A stretch of 64,000 nucleotides of DNA from an uncultured candidate division Zixibacteria bacterium. GTDB lineage: Bacteria > Zixibacteria > MSB-5A5 > GN15 > FEB-12. Position numbers and translations under genes: made by a program. The stretch spans positions 96,001 through 160,000 of the forward strand of contig CAWDXE010000006.1 in NCBI GenBank assembly GCA_963806185.1. The letters run 5' to 3'. Within the stretch, counting starts at the first letter, position 1; the number at the start of each line of letters is the position of its first letter. Below, piece after piece: positions 21,353 through 31,464 of the stretch. The notes beneath the pieces are model-generated. The model was not told the DNA's origin. It made no database searches and was given only the letters and a program-made list of their open reading frames with translations.

Positions 21353-22627
21353 CTAGAACGAATAGACCAGCCCCGCAGAAACCAGATAAACCCGGTTGTC
21401 CTGTCCGCGATCAGCGTACCAGTCCCATTCGGCCGATGTCAGCATGTCAAAGGACAACCGCCGCCCGATCTCCAGATCGCCTATCGCCGAAAACCGCAGG
21501 ACCGTATAATCGGCCTGAAATTCGTCTTCTGTTTTGACATTGCGCCTCGCCCAGACAGCCTCAATTGATCCAAAAAGCCCGGCTGCCTGCTGGTAGTCGA
21601 GCTTCGCCTTCCCTCCCAGTTCGAGGTAGTCCCCGGCCGCCAATTGCTCGGTCCCCTTTTCGTCCAGCCAGTCTATTGCCGGCCCGACGCCCAACTCCAA
21701 ACCGTCCCAAATCGGCCCCACCAGAGTGGCTGATTGCAGTCGCGTATAGTCGCTGCTGAAGGTCTCAGAGTCTCCAAAATTGGCCAACTCCAACTGGAGC
21801 TCCTCAGTCGTCTCCAGCCGGCCGCTCCAGACATGACGACACCGCGAGTCAAGATCGAAGCGCGTGTAGTCACCCCGCCCCTCAATCTCCTGTAGATTCC
21901 GCCGCTCCAGCCGGGCTGATACGTCGAGGTCGGTCTCGCCAAGCTCGCCCAGATAGGTAGTGGAGAGGCCGTAGCTGTCATAATTCAGGTCCGACGAATC
22001 GGCGACGCTTCGGTGGAGGAAGAATAGCTCACTACTGAGGATCGAGAGGCCTGCAAACGTTTGCATAACTCCCAGCGACCCGCCCCACCTATGGTAGCTG
22101 TAGACGTAGTCCGAAGACTGGTCGAACGACACGAAATCCGTCCTGAGCTGCCCGGTCAGCGAGAAGCTGCCCGACACGGGGTAGCCCAGTTTGACTCGCG
22201 AATCCCCGAGGAAATACTCATCTCCCGGCTTGGTCGAGTCGCGATAACGTATCTGCCTCGAGAGATCGGTAGTCCAACTCAGTTTGGCCCTCCGCCAGGA
22301 CGGCCGAATTTCCGATCGAAATTTTACACGCAATAGCTCGGGAGTCTGCTCCAGCGAGCCGCGAAGGTCATACCGGCCGGGCCGGTCTCTCCACCGTGCT
22401 TCGAGCATCGCCCTGAAATCATCCAGATAGGTTGTCTTGATGGTGGTGGCGACGGCCAGTGAATCGGCCGTAGAGCTGGTTAGCGAATCGTGGAAGAAAT
22501 CCTGCGAAAAGAAATCGTACCCCATCCCGGCACGAAAACGCCAACCGGAGGTTTGACCGTACAGATCGCTACCTCCGGCGGCAACTAGCGTCACAAGGAA
22601 GAAGAACAGACGGAAAAATCGAAACAA
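21353..22627 (-). CDS. Putative outer-membrane beta-barrel protein
   Basis: Signal peptide, alternating amphipathic strands, C-terminal GLVYSF. Confidence 0.75.
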   Translation of the reverse strand: MFRFFRLFFFLVTLVAAGGSDLYGQTSGWRFRAGMGYDFFSQDFFHDSLTSSTADSLAVATTIKTTYLDDFRAMLEARWRDRPGRYDLRGSLEQTPELLRVKFRSEIRPSWRRAKLSWTTDLSRQIRYRDSTKPGDEYFLGDSRVKLGYPVSGSFSLTGQLRTDFVSFDQSSDYVYSYHRWGGSLGVMQTFAGLSILSSELFFLHRSVADSSDLNYDSYGLSTTYLGELGETDLDVSARLERRNLQEIEGRGDYTRFDLDSRCRHVWSGRLETTEELQLELANFGDSETFSSDYTRLQSATLVGPIWDGLELGVGPAIDWLDEKGTEQLAAGDYLELGGKAKLDYQQAAGLFGSIEAVWARRNVKTEDEFQADYTVLRFSAIGDLEIGRRLSFDMLTSAEWDWYADRGQDNRVYLVSAGLVYSF

Positions 22628-22654
22628 TCGGCGATGGCCCCACTCAGCGATTGA

Positions 22655-23703
22655 TTAATGCGTGGCGCCAATATAATCGTCCACTTTGTCAATCGCAAGG
22701 TGAGCCGCTTGGAGCGAGGCTTCCGCCCCGGAGAGGTTGCCTGCCTCTATCTCCATTTTTGCCTTAGCCAACAACTCTCTGGCCTGGTCCAAAAGGGCCC
22801 GGGCTTGAGTGCCCGTATCGCCGGTAAGGCTTGTCACCGGCTCCGCCAGTCGATCCACGTCGCCCTTCAGCGCCTCGTAACGCTGACTGACCCGTGAAAG
22901 ATCACTGGCAGCCGTCCCTCCGCATTCGCGAATCGCCTTTTGGGCCAGGTCCCGTGCCGTTTGGAGTGCCTTGAGGGCCTGCGCCGCCTTACCGGCGGTG
23001 TTGAGCTCCTGAGCCAATTGAAGGTTCTTTTCAGCTTGCTCAGCAGCCGTCTTTCCAGCCTCGGAACTGCAGGCCTTGGCGGCGTCAGTCCCCCTGGCTA
23101 CCAGGTCGATCACTGTCGCCTCGCGGCGAATATACTGTTCCCGAATACGGTCAGCCCCCCTGGCCGCATCGAGAATGGTCCCTGCCGTTCGCTCCACCTG
23201 GTCGGCCAGCTTTATGGCCGGTCGATATTTCTCGCTTCGATAAAACTCCCACGCCCGATCCAGCGAATTGCGAGCGACCTGATACAGACTCTGCAGACGC
23301 GGTAGCTCTGCGTCCGCTATAGCCTGCTGAGCCAACTCCAATTGCTCCTCAGCTCGTTCCAGTCGCCGCTGCACTGTCCCTTCCTGATTCTCGCTTTGCT
23401 TGCTATTCGTCAGGGCGGTTCTAAGCAGTTTCCGAGCTTCGAGTGAGAGCTTCTTGGCAACGCCATACGCGCCCCGGTTAAAGGCCTCCCAGGCCTTGGC
23501 CTGAAGGTCGGTGGAACGGGCCAGAACGTCGAGCGCTATCGGATCGTTGGCGTCCCGAATAATCGGCGTGGCATAGTCGATCAACTGATCTGTCTGCTCC
23601 AGAATCACCCGGGCACCATTATCGCCGCTTTGCGCAAATGATGCTCCCGTCATCAATAGGAGCACGGATCCAAGAAGCACAAAAAATGTCGGTCGCCACA
23701 TAT
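22655..23703 (-). CDS. Secreted alpha-helical repeat protein
   Basis: Signal peptide ending SFA; repeated Ala-rich helical hairpins; GAGGA RBS; exact start uncertain (track gives 23707). Confidence 0.75.
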
Positions 23704-23732
23704 TCACAGCACAATCCTCTTACGGAGAGTAT

Positions 23733-23838
23733 AACAAGCCCTGTGCCGATCAGATCGGCAACAATAACCTATTATCAAACAATATCTTAAACCAGAAAAA
23801 CAGATCAAGCACAAGTGCGGCCTGTACCGGCGGGTACA
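23733..23838 (-). promoter_or_regulatory. Putative sigma-54 promoter with AT-rich IHF-like stretch and TGT-N10-ACA activator site
   Basis: TCGGCACAGGGCTTGTT at 23749-23733 (GG-N10-GT); AT-rich 23760-23800; TGTACCGGCGGGTACA at 23823-23838. Confidence 0.5.
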
Positions 23839-23872
23839 ACCTCACCGTCCCTTGCCGCACAACGGCCACGAC

Positions 23873-25201
23873 TTACCCCTTGATATCGTGAACTTTCATC
23901 CGGCTGTAGAGCCGGCGCCGGGTGATCCGCAGCAGCTTGGCCGCCTCCGTCTTGTTGCCACCAGCCCGCTCCAATGCTCCCAGAATCAACTGCTTTTCGG
24001 TCGCTTCCAGCCCCCTTTCACCCATGGGAGCATCATCAAGATCAAGCGGAGCATCATCGATTTCAAGTGAAAAGTCCTCGACCGACAGCGGCTCTCCGCC
24101 GGACAAAATGGCCGCCCGCTCCAGGACGTTTCGGAGTTCGCGGATATTCCCCGGCCAGTCGTATGCTGTCAATAGCTCGGTCACCGGCTCAGCCAGTTGC
24201 CAATGGGCAAATCCCTGACGCTGCAACATGTGCTCTGCCAACGCCACTACGTCGTTTACCCGCTCCGCCAGAGTCGGAATAGCAATAGGAAACACATTCA
24301 GTCGGAAATACAAATCCTCCCGAAATCCCCCGCGCTTGATCTCGTCCTTAAGATTCCGATTGGTCGCCGAAATGATGCGTACGTCTATGTCGACACTGTC
24401 AATCCCGCCCACCCGGACCAATTGCCGCTCCTCGATCACCCGAAGCAACTTCGATTGCATTCCGGGCGACATCTCGCCGATTTCGTCCAGGAATATCGTT
24501 CCCTTCTCCGCCAGCTCGAACCGCCCCCGTTTGCGCGCCTGCGCCCCGGTAAACGCTCCCTTTTCATGGCCGAAAAGTTCCGATTCCAATAGCGTCTCGG
24601 TGAGGGCCGCGCAATTGATCGCAATGAAGGCATTCTCCTTACGCCGGGAATGCTGATGAATCATCCGCGCCACCAGTTCCTTCCCGGTCCCCGACTTCCC
24701 GGTGATCAGCACCGAGGCATCCGTCGGCGCAACCTGATGAATCAGCTTCTTCACCTTCTCCGCGGCCGCCGACCGGCCGACAAACTCAGAGAGCAGCGAG
24801 GCCTCAGCCTGCTTTTCCAGATGCTCGACCATCGCCGCCTGGCGCTGTTGGGAGATCAGCCGATTGACCAGCAGGGCGAGTTCTTCGAGCGAAAACGGTT
24901 TGATCAGGTAGTCGGCCGCCCCCCGTTTCATCGCCTTTACCGCGCTTTCCACCGTCCCGTAAGCGGTCATGATGATCACCTCGGTGCCGGTTCGTTCGAG
25001 CGCCTTGTCGAGTATCGTCATGCCGGAGACATTCGGCATGGAAAGGTCGGTCACCACCACATCATATGAGTGCGTCTCGAGCATCTTCATGGCCACCTGC
25101 GGATCGGTGGCCGTGCTCACCCGATGCCCGGCATCTTCCAGCTCGCCGCACACGAGGGCGGTCATTTTCGGTTCATCGTCGACTACCAGTATCCGCGCCA
25201 T
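23873..25201 (-). CDS. NtrC-family sigma-54-dependent response regulator
   Basis: Receiver domain, GKSGTGKE, ESELFGHEKGAFTGA, FLDEIGE, WPGNIREL, Fis-type HTH. Confidence 0.96.
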   Translation of the reverse strand: MARILVVDDEPKMTALVCGELEDAGHRVSTATDPQVAMKMLETHSYDVVVTDLSMPNVSGMTILDKALERTGTEVIIMTAYGTVESAVKAMKRGAADYLIKPFSLEELALLVNRLISQQRQAAMVEHLEKQAEASLLSEFVGRSAAAEKVKKLIHQVAPTDASVLITGKSGTGKELVARMIHQHSRRKENAFIAINCAALTETLLESELFGHEKGAFTGAQARKRGRFELAEKGTIFLDEIGEMSPGMQSKLLRVIEERQLVRVGGIDSVDIDVRIISATNRNLKDEIKRGGFREDLYFRLNVFPIAIPTLAERVNDVVALAEHMLQRQGFAHWQLAEPVTELLTAYDWPGNIRELRNVLERAAILSGGEPLSVEDFSLEIDDAPLDLDDAPMGERGLEATEKQLILGALERAGGNKTEAAKLLRITRRRLYSRMKVHDIKG

Positions 25202-25203
25202 AG

Positions 25204-26533
25204 TCAGTGCATCGCTTTCTTGGGCAAATGGATGATCATGCGAGTTGACGAACCGGGACGACTGTCGACCGTCAGCTTGCCTCGCATTTCTTCAATGAGT
25301 CGTTTACTTAAGTACAGGCCCAGCCCGGAACCGGTTTGCTTGGTCGTATAGAACGGGGCAAAGATCCGCTTGGCTTCCTTCGCCGTCATGCCCGGCCCGT
25401 AGTCGATCACTACTATTTGTACTTCGTGCTGACGGTCGGTCACGTCCAGGCCCACTTTGATCGGCCGCTCCGCCGCCTGGCAAGCTTCCGCTCCGTTTAC
25501 CAGTAAATTCAATATAACCTGCCGCAACGCCCGGGGAAATCCCTCCATTGACAGCGCCGGTACCGGTGCTTCCTCCACCCACTGCGCCTGCTGGCCGGCG
25601 TACCGGGTGAGGAAGTGTTTCCGAATGGTGCTCACCATCTCCGCCAGATCATACGTTTCAGGCGTCTCGGTGGCAATCAGCGATTGCTCCGCTCGGGCAA
25701 AATTCAGATACCCGGTCACCAGCGCGTTAAGTCGGTCGGTCTCTTCAACGATATACTTCGCTTCCTCGGCCTGGTGCTTCTTGAAGAGGCGTTCGGCCGA
25801 CGCCCGGATGATGCCGAGCGGGTTCTTGACTTCATGCGCGACGACCGCCACCATCCGCCCCATGAACGAGTGCGTCTCGCCCATATACAATCGCTGTTCG
25901 ATCTGATTGAGGCGGCGCTGCAGGAGGAGGAATACCGCCCCAAGCATCAGCCCGCCCAGCATCGAGATCCCGGTCGCATACCAGAGGTTTTTTCGCAGGG
26001 CGGCCAGCGACGCGAAGTAGTCGACATTTGCTTCCACCCCCAGCACCGCCGCCACCGATCTATTCCGGTCGGTGATCGGTGCGAAGGCCGACTTCAGGAC
26101 GACCTCCCCCACCTGATACGATGGTGTGGCGATGGTCGCATGACTGGTGCCAAAGAACAGGGAGTCGATATATTTCCCGTTGAATGAGGCAAGAAAGTAC
26201 ACACTGTCGACTTCGACCTGCGTAGTGGCGAGGTAGTGAGAACCGTCGTCCAGAATGAACACCTCGGACAGCGAGTCCGACAACCGCAGCCGCTCCAGCC
26301 GACCGATGACCGAGGCGTACACCTCCAGATCATTGGCTCTGAGCTTGTCCAGCTCTTCCGTCTGGATACCGTCTGCTCCCACCTGCGCCAGCGCCGATAG
26401 ACCGCCGCGACAACTGGTTGTCGAGCATCACTTCGGTTTTCCGGTAGTAGAGCCACCAGGAGAGATTGACCAGGGCGATCAGGACGAGAGTAAAGACGGC
26501 GATGACAATCAGCCGGACGGAGGTAGTTCGCAT
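25204..26533 (-). CDS. Sensor histidine kinase (2 TM), one frameshift near 26400
   Basis: HEVKNPL, NLLVNG, DYGPG, FYTTK..GSGLGL; first TM in ORF 26330-26533 joins the main frame at LSRR/LSALAQVG. Confidence 0.9.
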
Positions 26534-26589
26534 GCCGCAAAGAAGCGGTTCTCAGTTCGGCTTGGCAACAAGAGTTGTTGGGGGGGATG

Positions 26590-26912
26590 TGCCGTCAGGC
26601 CCCCGTGCCTGACGGAATCCGTTGCGTCAGGTCCTGCGGCGATTCTTGTCGCCGTGTGACCTGACGCCTCACCCTACTCGCCCTCACCCCAACCCTCTCC
26701 CGGAGGGAGAGCAAGCAAGAGGGAATCTGTAGGGCAGCATCGATGCCCGCCGAGGGCGGGCAGATGCTGCCGGGGGGCCCATGAATTCCGAAAGATGGCA
26801 GCACCCGCTCGAAGACTCGCATCGGTGCTGCCCTACGTGATGGGTTCATTCCAATGGCCGGCGTACGTCTCGTGCGTCGGCGGGTGTGCCGTCAGGCCCC
26901 CGTGCCTGACGG
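26590..26912. repeat. REP-like palindrome mosaic
   Basis: Two GTCAGGCCCCCGTGCCTGAC copies, CCCTCACCCCAACCCTCTCCC (26681), GTAGGGCAGCATCG pair, GGCCGGCGTACGTCTCGTGCG (26855). Confidence 0.85.
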
Positions 26913-28556
26913 TGGAGGAATGGGCAGCGTGTCGGGCCGAACTACATGCTGCCAAAGCCAAGAATCAAACCATCTCACAATGTCACTACTGAAACGATGT
27001 GGATAAATGACTAAAAACAGTGGTACCCAATGAGGATGCTTCTTCAACATTGCAGGCACAGTAATTCCACCGCATTCCTCAGCCATTTCCTGCAATTCCT
27101 GCCAGTCCATGGTGTATGGCGGTATGATGGTCGAGTTGTACCCAGTCGGTGTTCGCCACAACAGATATTGCCATGATTCATTAGGGTCGACTCGATGAAG
27201 CATAAGGTACGTGTAGAGCGGCCATTGCAGCTTCAGCTCACGTTTCCAGTTCATTCTTACGGCAAGATGCAATAGAGCTTCAGGAGTATAAGCGCTACCT
27301 TCGAAATTCTCGCTGATCTTCCCGTCAGCCAATCCGAGTTGAGAGAGCACGACAGACTCGCCGCTATAGTAAGGGGACGCCAAAGGGCATTTTGACCCCG
27401 GTTTGTTCGACGTGATTACAGCATCAAGGACACTCATAATTATTTGTTCGGGAGCTGGTGTAGAGTCTACCGTGCGAAGATACCAATAAGCCGCAACATA
27501 CGACGAGACAGCGCCCTCCCCCCATAAAGACATTTCTCTCAGATGCGAGCGAAGGAACCTTTGTATCATTCCATCAATTTCTTCACTGCAATGTTCAAGT
27601 GATCTGTTCCAGATACCGAAAGCACTCAGAACACCAACCAGGAAGGTCACGCGCAATGTATAGAATGGCTGATCGGGGAGTGCATTGCCCTCCAATAAGT
27701 GATCTCTCTTTCCAATCTCTTCGATTAGATTTTCAAAAGACTCAAGTACATACTGCTCTACTAATCGAAATGTGGAAGTCCAGTACTTCTGGGGGAGTTG
27801 ATGTTGCTCAATGACCGCAGATATATAGGCCAAAAAGAACACCCACACTTGTATCTTGGCACAGTGGTTGTTCTTCTCCTCGTACGAGGCTGAAGCAACA
27901 GCTGTAATTAAGGCTGAACTAGCTATGGCGCGAAAGAAACTTGCTTTGGAGGGGCTTTTTTCCCTTTCATTGAGAAAGGGCATCGAGTAACTCAACAGCC
28001 GTTCGAACTTTTCAGGGGAAGGTTCATTATTTCCCTCCTCGAGGTAGAGTTCGCCCAATATTCGGAAATCGCGCAATTCGCTCGGAAGAAGCGACCGCGA
28101 TAGCGCCAGAGTCATCGCCAAGAGTTTTCCTCGGGAAATGAGCTCAACCTGTCGCTCGGGAAAGCCCTTGTCGCGAAGACCACTATTAAAATTATTAATA
28201 GAGACTTGTATTTCTTCCTCGATGTCTGCGTTTACAACTAGGTAAGACCGATGCCAGCGAGCGCTCGCGAGACCAGGGTAGTTCACCTTCAGCATCACAA
28301 GATCCAACAGTTGTGATTCTGCTTCCCTCCAATCGTTTCTCGAAAATCGCTTGTTACTCGTGCTCTTGAGTTGGTACGCATGAATCTCGCCATCTGGGCT
28401 GACGCTAATCACGTCCTTGCCCTCCTCGAGGCCGGTATGCCGCGTGGAGTGAACAATTTCGTGTCCCTCGTTGATGAGCATGGCGCAGAAGGGCAACTGG
28501 TAACTTCGCTCTGTCGCACTATCCAACCAATTTTCGAGAAGCCTCTCTATCATCAA
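26892..28556 (-). CDS. Protein with N-terminal Mrr-like PD-(D/E)xK nuclease domain and long helical C-terminal region
   Basis: ERSYQ..GKDVISV..HAYQLK fits the E..D..QxK pattern; AT-richer than host genes. Confidence 0.65.
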   Translation of the reverse strand: MMIERLLENWLDSATERSYQLPFCAMLINEGHEIVHSTRHTGLEEGKDVISVSPDGEIHAYQLKSTSNKRFSRNDWREAESQLLDLVMLKVNYPGLASARWHRSYLVVNADIEEEIQVSINNFNSGLRDKGFPERQVELISRGKLLAMTLALSRSLLPSELRDFRILGELYLEEGNNEPSPEKFERLLSYSMPFLNEREKSPSKASFFRAIASSALITAVASASYEEKNNHCAKIQVWVFFLAYISAVIEQHQLPQKYWTSTFRLVEQYVLESFENLIEEIGKRDHLLEGNALPDQPFYTLRVTFLVGVLSAFGIWNRSLEHCSEEIDGMIQRFLRSHLREMSLWGEGAVSSYVAAYWYLRTVDSTPAPEQIIMSVLDAVITSNKPGSKCPLASPYYSGESVVLSQLGLADGKISENFEGSAYTPEALLHLAVRMNWKRELKLQWPLYTYLMLHRVDPNESWQYLLWRTPTGYNSTIIPPYTMDWQELQEMAEECGGITVPAMLKKHPHWVPLFLVIYPHRFSSDIVRWFDSWLWQHVVRPDTLPIPPPSGTGA

Positions 28557-29113
28557 AGTCCCTTCGTTTTTTGGCTATAAGTGCCTCGAATTGCTTCTTA
28601 ATCTCCGGATCACTTTCAGACTCCACCATAATCTGCCTAAATCGTTCAGCCATTTGTGGCGCTGCTACTATTGTCGGCAGCTTGATTTTCCCGCTGCGAT
28701 CGAAGTCCATTTCGACATTCTCTAGCATATCGAGGAAATCGCGAGGTCCAAAACTCTCCCGACGAAATTGAAGGTCCTGCCCTTCTCATCGAGAAACTGC
28801 GAAATAGAAGAGAAGAAAGTGCGCTGCTGTTGTTCCGCTACCTGTTTCGCAATACTGTCGACAAGCTCCATCAACTTGGGTTGACCTCCTGCAATCAACT
28901 CGGACGGAGCGAAGGAGATTTGTCCGGACAATTTCATTAATGTGGGCTTTCATCGACTGCGCCGTCTGCCCGGATGACGCGCATCTTGTTCGCTTCAAAT
29001 GCCTTCGATTCAGAGATGCCCAAAACTGATATGAATGTTCTCGCCCGCGTATAGATGAGCTTGTCGATGGAGCGGAGGACGACTTCCTTTGACTTGGGGT
29101 AGTCTGGCAACAC
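28519..29113 (-). CDS. Hypothetical protein of about 195 aa split by about 3 frameshifts, overlapping the nuclease start
   Basis: GTG 29113 MLPDYPKSKEVV.. / VIRADGAVDESP / MKLSGQISF..RTFF.. / FLDMLENVEMDFD..REASRKLVG*. Confidence 0.6.
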
Positions 29114-29122
29114 GGCTTTACC

Positions 29123-29956
29123 CTACATCCTCTCCACGCACCCCGCGATCAGGTCACGAATTTCGGTTCGGTGCGCGAGGCTGTCCCGATCACATCCTGC
29201 AACGAGCACGGATGCATGTTGTCGGCCAGCCCCATATCGGTAATAATCGAGAACGCCAGATATCTTGCTCCTCTGATGATGCGCCGCGATCACCTCCGGC
29301 ACCGTCGACATCCCGACCGCGTCGCCGCCGATCGTCCGGAAAAACCGGTACTCCGCCGCCGTCTCCAGCGTCGGGCCGGTCAGCCCCACATACACGCCGG
29401 TCTGCAAGCGGCAAGTTTCTGCTCCAGCGCCACCTGCTTGGCGATCTCCTGATACTTGTGGTTGTAGACCTCGTACATGTCGGGGAAACGGTCGCCCCAC
29501 TTGTCGTCGTTCGGGCCGATCAGCGGATTGCCGGGAAAGAAATTGATGTGGTCCTTGATCAGCATGACGTCGCCCGCCTTGAAATTCGGGTTCATCCCGC
29601 CGGCGGCGTTGGACACAATCAGCGTCTCCATGCCGAGCATCTTCATCACCCGCACCGGAAACGCGATCTGCTGGAACGAATACCCCTCATAATAGTGGAA
29701 CCGCCCCTGCATGCAGACCACCGGTTTCCCCTTCAGGTGGCCGAACAAGAGCCGTCCGGCGTGCGACTCGACTGTCGACACCGGGAAATGCGGAATCTTG
29801 TCGTACGACACCGTGCCGGTCATCTGGATACCGTCGACCAGCGACCCGAGCCCGGTGCCGAGGATGATGCCGATCTGCGGTTTGAGTTTGATCTGCGATT
29901 GAATGTACGCTGGTGGCTTCGCCAAGCTGTTTGTGAATTTCTGCCCACGTCTGCAT
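29123..29956 (-). CDS. punA: Purine nucleoside phosphorylase (trimeric family), several frameshifts
   Basis: [50 protein letters not shown] across three frames. Confidence 0.9.
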
Positions 29957-30050
29957 GTCTGTCTCCATTTGGGTATGTGTAATTATGTTTGTCGTTTACT
30001 CCTACGCTCACCAGTAAATGGTGGGGCACGGGAACTATGCGCCTCACCGG

Positions 30051-30222
30051 CCCTCACCCCAACCCTCTCCCAGAGGGGAGGGGGAGGAAGATGCGCTCGT
30101 GGCGCACGGGACGTACGCCACGCACGGAATGCACTCCGCCCACCAATCATGTTCGGCGTTTGCCGTGGCCGGCGTACGTCTCGTGCGCCGGCTTGTAAGT
30201 CAGGCTCCCTGCGAGCCTGACG
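30051..30222. repeat. REP-like palindrome cluster
   Basis: CCCTCACCCCAACCCTCTCCC..GGGAGGGG; two inverted GGCGTACGTC(T/C)CGTGCGCC copies; GTCAGGCTCCCTGCGAGCCTGAC. Confidence 0.8.
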
Positions 30223-30961
30223 ATTGGTCCTTCGTGAAAATGAAATTCGCCGTGCAAGGAAGCATCCGCTGCAAGAACGTCAGGCGGCGAAGCACAAAAT
30301 AATACACTGTCTCCACCGGCCCCCGCTTCACCAGCGACGGATAGTAATCCACCCGGCAGTTCAAACCGGCCTGGCGCGCCATGCGGACGATGTCACCCGG
30401 TACCAGCACATCCTCGGGTACCGACGATCGCTTCTTTATCACCCGTCGATAGGCCAGCGGATACAGCACCTTAGGAGACGTCGGTTCATAAAACCAGCAG
30501 GCCGCGCCGGTCGGCTTCAGGATGCGGGCCATCTCGCGCAATGTCTGGGCGTGCGCCACAAAATGGTGTGCCGCCGCATAACAGAAGATCAGATCAACCG
30601 ACGCATCGGCCTCTTCAGTGGCATACCCCTTCGCGGCATAAGCCCGGTCGATCTTCACTTTCCAGATATGTTCCCATTTATTCACCGAGGCTACCGCGTC
30701 CGGGCTGATATCGGTGGCCACGACAATCGCGTCGGGGTGAAGGCGTTTCACGAAACACGACGCCCACCCTTGACCTGCGCCCAGCTCCAGAATCCGGCCC
30801 GTCAGGCGAAGTTCTGAGGCGTATCGACGAAGGCAGTCGAGCAGGATCTCCGCATCGGCAACTTTGGATATGACGTTCTCCACCGACTCAGACGTCGGCT
30901 TCTCCGCCGGCGAGTTACGCCAGAAAGCCAGTTCCCGGGCCTGCTTTTCCTCGATGCTCAC
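30200..30961 (-). CDS. Class I SAM-dependent methyltransferase
   Basis: ILELGAGQG, ATDIS, DLIF, ARILKPTG. Confidence 0.85.
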   Translation of the reverse strand: MSIEEKQARELAFWRNSPAEKPTSESVENVISKVADAEILLDCLRRYASELRLTGRILELGAGQGWASCFVKRLHPDAIVVATDISPDAVASVNKWEHIWKVKIDRAYAAKGYATEEADASVDLIFCYAAAHHFVAHAQTLREMARILKPTGAACWFYEPTSPKVLYPLAYRRVIKKRSSVPEDVLVPGDIVRMARQAGLNCRVDYYPSLVKRGPVETVYYFVLRRLTFLQRMLPCTANFIFTKDQSSGSQGA

Positions 30962-30985
30962 GCTCGCTTCTCTCTCATCAAAGGT

Positions 30986-31450
30986 CTATGCTCCCCCGCC
31001 CGCGCGCCGCATGGTAATAAACCGATTCACGTGGCGCAAAGCTTCTTTGTTCTCCGGCCAGTAGAGCATGTCAATCGCCTCGCCCAGCGAGCACCAGCGG
31101 TAATCGTCATGCTCGCGCGGGTCGATCGTGATCGCCGATTCCGGCCGTACCTCGGCCATGTAGACGCGCTCGACAATTTCCTTAACATCCCAGTGATACC
31201 TGTCGCGGAAATCGTCATCAAGCGGAAAAGAGTACGAGTATTCGACATCGACGACCGACACGCCTCGGACGCCCGTTTCCTCGCTCAGTTCCCGATTGGC
31301 CGCCGCGATTGGCGTCTCTCCCCCTTCTACGCCGCCGGAGACACCCTGCCAGAAACAGTCCTTGCCCGAATTGCGATGCAACAGCAGATACTCGATCCCC
31401 CGCTCGTTGATTCGATAGACGAAGACCATGACTTGTATGGGCTGGCGCAT
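30986..31450 (-). CDS. NUDIX hydrolase (NudB-like)
   Basis: WQGVSGGVEGGETPIAAANRELSEETG Nudix box; EHDDYRW. Confidence 0.9.
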   Translation of the reverse strand: MRQPIQVMVFVYRINERGIEYLLLHRNSGKDCFWQGVSGGVEGGETPIAAANRELSEETGVRGVSVVDVEYSYSFPLDDDFRDRYHWDVKEIVERVYMAEVRPESAITIDPREHDDYRWCSLGEAIDMLYWPENKEALRHVNRFITMRRAGGGA

Positions 31451-31464
31451 ACCTGATCATCCGC

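Noticed and set aside
29123..29956. PNP as an effector of the neighbouring candidate defence pair
   Set aside because: It is a canonical stand-alone housekeeping PNP with host-like GC, unlike the island.
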